Shown piece after piece: positions 55,440 to 64,000 of a DNA stretch of 64,000 nt. The stretch is from Octopus vulgaris (Eukaryota): contig OX597838.1 of assembly GCA_951406725.2 (NCBI GenBank), positions 9,424,001 to 9,488,000 on the forward strand, written 5' to 3'. The notes beneath the pieces were generated by a model. It worked only from the letters and a program-made list of their open reading frames with translations. It was not told the origin of the DNA and ran no database searches. Position 1 is the first letter of the stretch. Each line of letters begins with the position of its first letter. Made by a program: the position numbers and the translations under genes.

Positions 55440-56953
55440 TGAATTGTAATATAAAAAGTATATATAAAGTAAAAGTCTTAAGATTTTTAAAATACATTGT
55501 ATTGTGTTTGTCGACCGGTTTCGCCTTCTCTAAGCATGACATTGAACTTATTGTAATTTCTTACTTTCTTAAGAAAATTTCAGTCCATGTGTGGAGAAGT
55601 TTATGAACGAATGATTCAACAAGTAGAAAAATCTACGGGGAGGTAATTGATGATCGTCATTATTGGGGATAGAGGAGGTAATTGGTCATCTTTCGGGGAG
55701 GGGATAGATATACACAAAAACACAAAAGGTAAAGTAGTGAAAAGAAATATGAAGAGTATCTGATCATGAATTAAAATATATACTGAGATCAAAGTTGGTT
55801 ATGCGTTCATATTTAGACGTTTTCTGTATTTTTCAATGAATAACTTTTCTTTATTTAAACATTCTTGTATAGAAAGAAATTGTTTCTTTGCACTAGTAGA
55901 TGAGGAAAACTGTGAAATTTGGTTGGATATTACCTGCACATCTCAGTATGTGTTCACTCAAAAGAATCTGGCTGTATCGCAAGAACCGGATCTGTTCCTT
56001 ATGTAGTGTCGTTCTCCATCTCAGTGACATACTTATCTGTCCTATATAGTTATGTCCATGACCTTAGCAAGTTATAACATAAATTAGATTCTCGGAAGCA
56101 CAAGTGAAGTTGGTTTTATTTGTGAACCTTTCTCCTAGTTTGAATAGGAAATCCGAGCCTTGCAATACGTTGGGGCATGTTCCGCAGTTTGGCCGTCCAC
56201 ATTATTAAACGTTGGTTTCGTGGTTGTTTTGTAAAGCTTTGCATTTGTTAGAAGTCTTTTTAACGATTTGTGTCGCTTTTTGCATTTGATGAATTTATGT
56301 GTTTTCAGAATATTGTTCATTTTTGGATCTCACGTGAGCATGGGTAGATTTTGTACAATAGTGTTGTATGCCTCATTGTTTCTAGGGTTGTGAGTTGATA
56401 TATACAGTAGTGTTTTTAGTGTTACATTTTGACGCCCTTAGTGTTTTAATATCTAATTTCTTAGCACGCTTAATTCCATCATCTATAAGTGAGGGTGGAT
56501 ATTGTCTTTCAGTTAGTGTTGTTCTGAAGTCTTGAAGACGAAGGTCCCAAGTATTTCTATCAGACACTATTGTGCAAATCCTTTTTGCTAAATTAAAGGG
56601 GATATTTTCATGTGTTTCGGGTGGCATGAGCTAAACAGGAGATATTTCTTCGAGTCCGCTGGTTTATGATAAATGTCTGTTATAATTTGGTTGTTGATTT
56701 TTTAAATCATAATATCCAAGAAAGGGAGCTGTTCTTTGCTATATTCCATTGTAAATTGAATGTTAGGGTTTATATTATTTAGTATTGATTTAAATTCCAA
56801 ATTTTTATCAATGGTCTCCTTCCAAATGGCATAGCAGTCATCCTGGTATCTTTTCCAGTTCTCTCTTATATAATGGGGAAATGGATGTCCATATTTTTTC
56901 AGTGACACTTCATATATATGGTGAATTCAAAATAAGCCATTATTAGGTTCGCA
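55440..56953 (-). mobile_element. 5'-truncated decayed Penelope-like element (RT + GIY-YIG endonuclease)
   Basis: ANLIMAYFE; WKRYQDDC...LNNINPNIQFTMEYSKEQLPFLDIMI; TDIYHKPADSKKYLLFSSCHPKH; NIPFNLAKRICTIVS; FTCASENLIYVITC*GHGHNYIGQ...R...H (GIY-YIG); many stops and frameshifts; hammerhead 3' half gaa-accggt-c-gaca at 55509-55523. Confidence 0.92.
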
Positions 56954-57199
56954 AACACATGAGACAAACGAAAGTAAAACCGTGCTGCTCTAAGACGAGA
57001 CGAATATATGAGTAGTAATTGTGTGTGTGTGTATGTATGTGTGTATGTATGTGTGTATGTATGTGTGTGTGTATGTATGTATGTGTGTATGTATGTGTGT
57101 ATGTATGTGTGTATGTATGTGTGTATGTATGTGTGTATGTATGTGTGTATGTATGTGTGTATGTATGTATGTATGTATGTATGTATGTATCGAACTGGA

Positions 57200-57419
57200 A
57201 GTGTAAAGGGTGAACGGATGGAAAAACTTCCACAATTTATTATATCTATTAAAGTTGAGATCGTCTCGATGTGTTGCGTAAAACCAATGGAACACGTTTG
57301 GAAGTGTTCTGATGTTTCTCCTAAAACTTTATTTGTTTACCAATAAACTCTGTTGATTTATACTGTTTTTTTTCTTCTGAATTTCTCAAACTGAAAAGCT
57401 AATTTATGGACACCCTGTA
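57200..57419 (+). mobile_element. Tc1/mariner-superfamily 3' end
   Basis: DRLDVLRKTNGTRLEVF* resembles the RLDVCRATNGAHIE C-terminus; ends ttatggacaccctg|ta (CAGGGTGTCC-type TIR). Confidence 0.6.
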
Positions 57420-58368
57420 TTTTTATGTGTATGTATGTATATGTATGTATGTATGTATGTATGTGTGTGTGTGTATGTGTATGTATGTATGTATGTGTGT
57501 GTATGTATGTATGTATGTGTGTATCTATGTATATGTGTGTATCTATGTATATGTGTGTATGTATGCATGTGTATGTATGTATGTATGTATGTATGTATGT
57601 ATGTGTGTGTGTGTATGTATGTCTGTATGTATGTATGTGTGTATGTATGTGTGTGTATGTATGTATGTGTGTGTATGTATGTATGTATGTATGTATGTAT
57701 GTGTGTATGTATGTATGTATGTATGTATATGTGTATGTATGTATGTGTGTGTGTGTGTATGTGTGTGTATGTGTGTGTATGTATGAGTGTATGTGTGTAT
57801 ATATGTATGTATATATATGTGTGTGTGTGTATGTGCGCATAACTATGTGCAAGTGTTTGTGCTTTTATCTCCTTCCTAATCCATAATTTCTGGATTTCGT
57901 CTCTCCTCGAGATGTCATTTAAAGAAGACACTGCTTTATTTTTCGTACCAACGAAGTTGTTATGAAGTTACGATAAAGCTCTGGCTGCAACAACAACAAC
58001 AACAACCCCACCACCACCACCACCACAACAACAACAACAACAACAACACAACAACAACAACAATGCCAACAACAACAACAGCAGCAACAGCAACAGTAAC
58101 TGCAGTATCAACTACAACTGCGCATGATCTTCATTGATCTTGCAAAACAAATGTGTAATACATACTCTGAGTGTGTATGTGTGTGTATATGCGTGTATGT
58201 GTGTTTATTAGTGCGTTTGTTAATGTGTGTATGTGTGTTTATTAGTGCGTTTGTTAATGTGGTTGTGTGTGCATGAGTGTTTGGATGCAAGTATATGTTT
58301 ATATATATACATACATACATACATACATTCATACACACACACATACACACACAAACGCACACATATAT

Positions 58369-58441
<73 letters not shown>

Positions 58442-59178
58442 TGTATGTATGTATGTATGTATACCATAAAGTTAGGTCTACAGTCTAACAAATGATTTTA
58501 CTTAGTAACTATGTAGTAATTGGATAGATCTGCAATGTACAGAGCTGGGTATATAACATGATATACAATCTGATTGAATCGAACGGTGCTTCTACTAGTT
58601 AGAATTTGTTCGACGCACTTATTCCTCCACAGTATCACTCCGTGCTTTTCTTTTTTTTTTATCATTAGTTCGACAATGACATATTCTTGAAAAGTTGCAT
58701 GGTACACCTGTTACTGAACGCGTTTCATATACTTACATAGATACACGTATGTATGTAAATATATACACACATGTATGATAGTAAGCATGTATGTATATTT
58801 TTATGTATGATTGTATATATGTATGTACGATTGTATGTATGTATGTATTCATGTAGGATTGTACGTATGTATGTATGTATGTATGTATGTATGTATTAGG
58901 TAAATATGCATGTATGTATGTCATCATTCAGTTTATATCAAGATTTCTTGCCAACAGAGAAAGAGCCGGTTTCTAACCCAGGTCCAAGGATCCTTCATTG
59001 GGATTTCAACAACACCAACATGGTATTTTTGTATGTATGTATGTATGTATGTATTCTCGTGCATATACTTGCATATCTAGACAGGCTCATATATACTTAA
59101 ATGATAAAACTTCTGCAAAGTTTTACAGATTTTTACAGTTCCAGTGATGGCATAGATTTGTAGTCTTTGAATCAGCTA

Positions 59179-59215
<37 letters not shown>

Positions 59216-59549
59216 ATGTATGTATGTATGTATGTATGTATGTATGTATGTATGTATGTATGATCGTCTCTTTCTCTTCTTAATTTTAGAGTAAATTTTC
59301 ACCAGCCACCTACCTTGTAGGTAGGTTGTGAAGGAAAGCATCTTGTTTTAAACATCCTCTTTTAAATTTTAAAGAGGTCTTCCAGATTTTTACAATCCTA
59401 GATATTGTGGTTATGTGTAGCAATGGTCACTATGTTGTGTGTCTACGCTGGTCTTTTCCTGCAATATACTTTGTAACAGAGGAAATAAACACGTTATATT
59501 TAAAATTTATTTGCAATATAATTAAAATGGGATACGTGAAAGCAAAAAC

Positions 59550-59631
<82 letters not shown>

Positions 59632-59810
59632 AAGAAGAAGAAGAAGAAGATGAAGAAGAAGAACAACAACGACGACGACGACAACAACAACAACGACAAC
59701 GACAAAAACGACGACAACAGCAACAACAATAACAATAACTATAACAATATTACTTTTACTCTTTTACTCTTTTACTTGCTGGGGCACCGCCCTTGTGCTG
59801 GGGCACCGCC

Positions 59811-59852
<42 letters not shown>

Positions 59853-60071
59853 TAATAATAAACGGGAGGTGGTAGAGCAAAAACAATTCAGAAAATTGAA
59901 TTCACCATATCATAATTAGTGAAAACCACATACATCGTTGCCTTAGAGCAAAAAGAACATTTTTTTTTGTAAACTATTATAATAGGCAAATCGAAAATAA
60001 AACATAAAACAAAAAATGTTAAAAATACCTACATACACACTCTCAAACACACACACAAACACATACATACA

Positions 60072-60122
<51 letters not shown>

Positions 60123-60123
60123 A

Positions 60124-60154
<31 letters not shown>

Positions 60155-60161
60155 ATATCTA

Positions 60162-60210
<49 letters not shown>

Positions 60211-60701
60211 ATGTGGGTGGTATCCCTGTAGTTGATGGTGGTAATATGACATCGATGTGAATGCAAGCGATATTTCTGGTTCCTCCATAATCTTCGGGCT
60301 CCGTTTAACTCGCCATTTTTCCTGAAATGTTTCACCTTTCATCTAATTATGAATACGTCTCAGGTTACAATTCAGTAATCTAATTTACATACTCGCAGTA
60401 GTTACGGCCTGTTTGTATGTGTATATGTGCGTGTTCTTATATGAATGTATGTATGTATGTATTTATTTATTTAGGTTTGAGTATGTACGTGTGTATGTAA
60501 GTGTGTATATACGTCTGCATGTGTGCGGTTATAAGTGTATGTTTGCGAATGTGGATGTATGTGTGTAGGTGTGTACGTGTCTGCATGTATATATATATAT
60601 GTTTGTGACTATATATATTCGTATGTATATTACTATAAGTGTACACATGTATATATATATATGTGTGTGTGTGTTGGTGTGTGTGTGTGTTTATATATAT
60701 A

Positions 60702-60742
<41 letters not shown>

Positions 60743-60749
60743 GCTATCT

Positions 60750-60964
60750 TTTAATCATTTCAGTTACTAAGACAGCGGCCATGCTGGGACACGGGTTCGA
60801 AGAATTTTAGTCGAGCGAATCGATCCCAGTTCTTATTTTTTATTTATATGTATATTTTTTGTAAAGCCTGCTACTTATTCTATCAGACGCCTTTGCCGAA
60901 TTACTAAGTTACGGGGACGTAAGCATATACACAGACGCACGTGTGTGCATACATACAAACACAT

Positions 60965-60997
<33 letters not shown>

Positions 60998-61040
60998 ATA
61001 TATATATATATATATATATACGATAGGCTCCTTTCAGTTA
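60750..61040 (-). mobile_element. SINE family A, degraded 3' half
   Basis: gcggccatgctgg...tacttattctatc...tttgccgaa..ctaagttacggggacgtaa. Confidence 0.7.
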
Positions 61041-61108
61041 TATGTATACACACACATGCACACATACATACATACATACATACATACATACATACATGCA
61101 TACATGCA

Positions 61109-61147
<39 letters not shown>

Positions 61148-61235
61148 CGGTGGTGCCCTAGCATGGCCGCGGCCTTCGGGCTAAAACATTTTAAAGGATT
61201 TAAGTATTTAAGGATACATATAAAGAACGAGAGAC

Positions 61236-61307
<72 letters not shown>

Positions 61308-61959
61308 GTCTTTCCCACAATTTGCGTTTATCAAAATTCCCTTCCCAAAGTTGTGGTCTCCACTCGAGGGTATGGTATGGAAAACACTTCCTCAATATTC
61401 GGCGTAACGCACAGGTATTGAACCAGCGACCATGTGGTGGTTCGTGGTTGAGAAGCAACCGGCTAAACAGCATAATCATACCTACATTTGACGATATTCT
61501 CGCTTAAAATATTCCTTCCGTAAACATCAGAGGACATTTTTTTGTATTAGAAATCAATAATATACAGGACATAGTAAACCATCTCAAATGGTCTCTTAAT
61601 TTCCTGTTGCAGATAATATCTCATCTGAATTAATCCATTCACTTCCTACTTTGAGTGAGATAATACCTGAAATAATGATTTGTTGAATGTCTGTCTATAT
61701 ACTACGGTATACAGGGGACTTTATAAGAAAGATATAGCACAGCAGTGGTTCTGTAGCTTTGTGATTTCGTAGTACACTGGAGATTAAATTATAAAAAAAA
61801 ATGTCGGTGCACAAAAGAGCAGACACGCCTAAAAAGAAAAATCATTACAAAAATTAGAAAAATTATTCAAAAAAAAAAAAAAAGCGGTGCCCCAGCATGG
61901 CCACAGCTCATTAGCTGAAACTGGAAAAATCAAAAATCAAATAGCCAAAGATATCCAGT

Positions 61960-62179
61960 CATGCTGTGTGGTAAGAAGCCCTGCGTACCAACCACATGGT
62001 TCTGAGTTCAGTCCCACTGCGTGGCACCTTAGGCAAGTGTCTTCTACTGTAGCGCGTGTGGTGAGAAGCTTGCGTACCAACCACATGGTTCTGAGTTCAG
62101 TCCCACTGCAAGTGTCTTCTACTGTAGCGCCGGGTCGATGAAAGCCTTGTGAGTGGATTTAGCTGAAAGAAGCTCGTCG

Positions 62180-62257
<78 letters not shown>

Positions 62258-62352
62258 TTTGTTTGACCCCTACTACCGCTCGGCAACCGGTGCTGGTGTG
62301 TTTGCGTCCCCGTAATGAAACGCTTTGCTATAAGAGACCGATAGAATAAGAA
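61960..62352 (+). mobile_element. SINE family A with internal head duplication
   Basis: gtgtggt.agaagc.tgcgtaccaaccacatggttctgagttcagtcccactgc occurs twice (~61966 and ~62056). Confidence 0.75.
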
Positions 62353-63449
62353 CTTGCCCTTGGTACCGCGCAGAAGGACTGAAACCCGCACTTGCACCTA
62401 TGAATAACAAAACTGGAAAAAGTTAACTGGTGACGATTTTTTTAATGAGTTTATTATGGATAATTAATAAATCAGCTTCTTATTACTTCTCTGAAATTAA
62501 CTGGTAAATGCCTTGTGTCAAGTAATATCTCGCCTGAAATAGATTGATGAATAAATTTCTTAATTAACATCTTATTTGAAATCACATGATCACCTGATCG
62601 GCCAGACTAACGGACATTGTTATACATCGCTGGTCACAATGCCCTTTGCATCGTTTTAGCTTTCGAATGATGCCACCCTGCTGACTAGGCGAGTAGGCCA
62701 ACATCTCTCCCGGTCGGAACAATAGTCCGTCGCAGGGGGATCCATTTACAGCTAAATGGACCGGAGCAACTTGCAGTGCTTGCTCAAGAACACAAAGCAC
62801 CTCCCTGTCCGGGAATAGAACCCACCATCTAGCGATGATGAATGCAACGCCCTAGCCACTAGGCCACGCGTTTTCAGTTACTTGAAGTATCCTGCATGTA
62901 TTCAATTCCTAGTATTATTTCATCCTGAATTGTTTAGTAATTTTCTGCTTCATTTACAATCTCACCTGAGAAATTTAGTAATTGTAATATTTCACCTGAG
63001 ATACATTTCTAGTTTTCCATTCCAGTGAACATCTAATTTGAAATACTCCGTTGATTTTTTTCTCGGTCTATGAAAGATCTCACTAGAAATTGTCCGCTAA
63101 ATTTCTTGTGTCAGGTAAAATATTTCATCTGGAATTAGTTTGCTCAATTTCTCTTCCAAGAAATATCTTTCTGTTCCAGATAACATCACACCTGACATAT
63201 TTTGCTAACGCTCTGTTCCAGGTAACGTCTTGCTTTAAATATTTCAATGAAAATATTTCTGGGTTAATACCTGGAATTTTTTAGATTACTGATTTTCATT
63301 TTCAGGTAATTACCTTACCTGAAATTTGTTCAATAAAATGCGAATTATGCAGCTAAATAAGCCCTAGATTAAAATGTTTATCTATATGACGTACTAAACT
63401 TATATATTTCAGGACAAATATAGAAAGAGGCGCCGCCGTGGCTGTATAG

Positions 63450-63810
63450 ATGCAGGCGTGGGCGTGGGTGTGTGGTAACAATTTTGCCTCCCAACCACAT
63501 GGTTCTGGGTTCAGTCCCACTGCAGGGCACGTTAGGCAAGTGTCTTTTATTATAGCCTCAGGCTGACGAAAGCGTTGTGAGTGGATTTGATAGACGGAAA
63601 CTGAAGGAAGTCCATCGTGTAGATATATATATATATATATATATGATTGTGTGAATGTTTGTGTGTCCTACGGTTTTGGGATGTGTAGCCGTTCGGCAAA
63701 AGGGACCGATAGAATAAGTACGAGAGTTGATTCGGTTAAAAATTATTCTAGGTGGTGCCCAAGCATGGCCGAAAGTTTAGTAACTGAATGACATAAAAGG
63801 TAAAAGACAA
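63450..63810 (+). mobile_element. SINE family A, diverged
   Basis: gtgtggtaa...aaccacatggttctgggttcagtcccactgc...gttcggcaaaagggaccgatagaataagta...gcatggccg. Confidence 0.75.
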
Positions 63811-64000
63811 AAAAAATGTAATCGGCTCTCAATTAAAATCTTCATGATAATATGACGTACATAACTTATGTATATCATAGAAAAGCCAGAAACTGGATTG
63901 CTCATCCAGGAAAAGACCCTTTTAACCTCGCTCAGAAGTATATTGTGGTTTTTTTTTTAAGTGAATACGTCAATAAAGGAATATTCAACCGGATGAATAG

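Overview
AT-rich eukaryotic (animal) non-coding DNA, saturated with microsatellites ((TA)n, (TATG)n, (GATA)n, (TAA)n, (GAT)n, (GGT)n) and transposon debris. The repeat landscape and tRNA-derived SINEs suggest an octopus/cephalopod genome (inference, not verified). I found no intact host gene; nearly all ORFs in the track are microsatellite read-throughs. Recognisable elements: a full-length but disabled DD34E Tc1 transposon with ~224-bp IR/DR-type TIRs (47335-48960); a decayed Penelope-like element (RT + GIY-YIG, 55440-56953); three Dong/R4-type retrotransposon 3' ends, two of them inside (TAA)n; Helitron Rep debris; a non-autonomous Helitron; RTE, Tx1/L1, hAT and mariner fragments; and about 25 SINE copies of four families. 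The most notable signal is at least a dozen minimal hammerhead-ribozyme folds (stem I - 7-nt core - stem II - GAAA - palindromic stem III - NUH - stem I'). They lie in short non-coding Penelope-terminus-like elements, often as head-to-head palindromes inside (TA)n. Their cores include canonical CUGANGA and the variants C4 (CCGACGA), U3-A8 (UUGAUAA) and G3-C8 (GUGAACA). All folds were done by eye and activity is untested.
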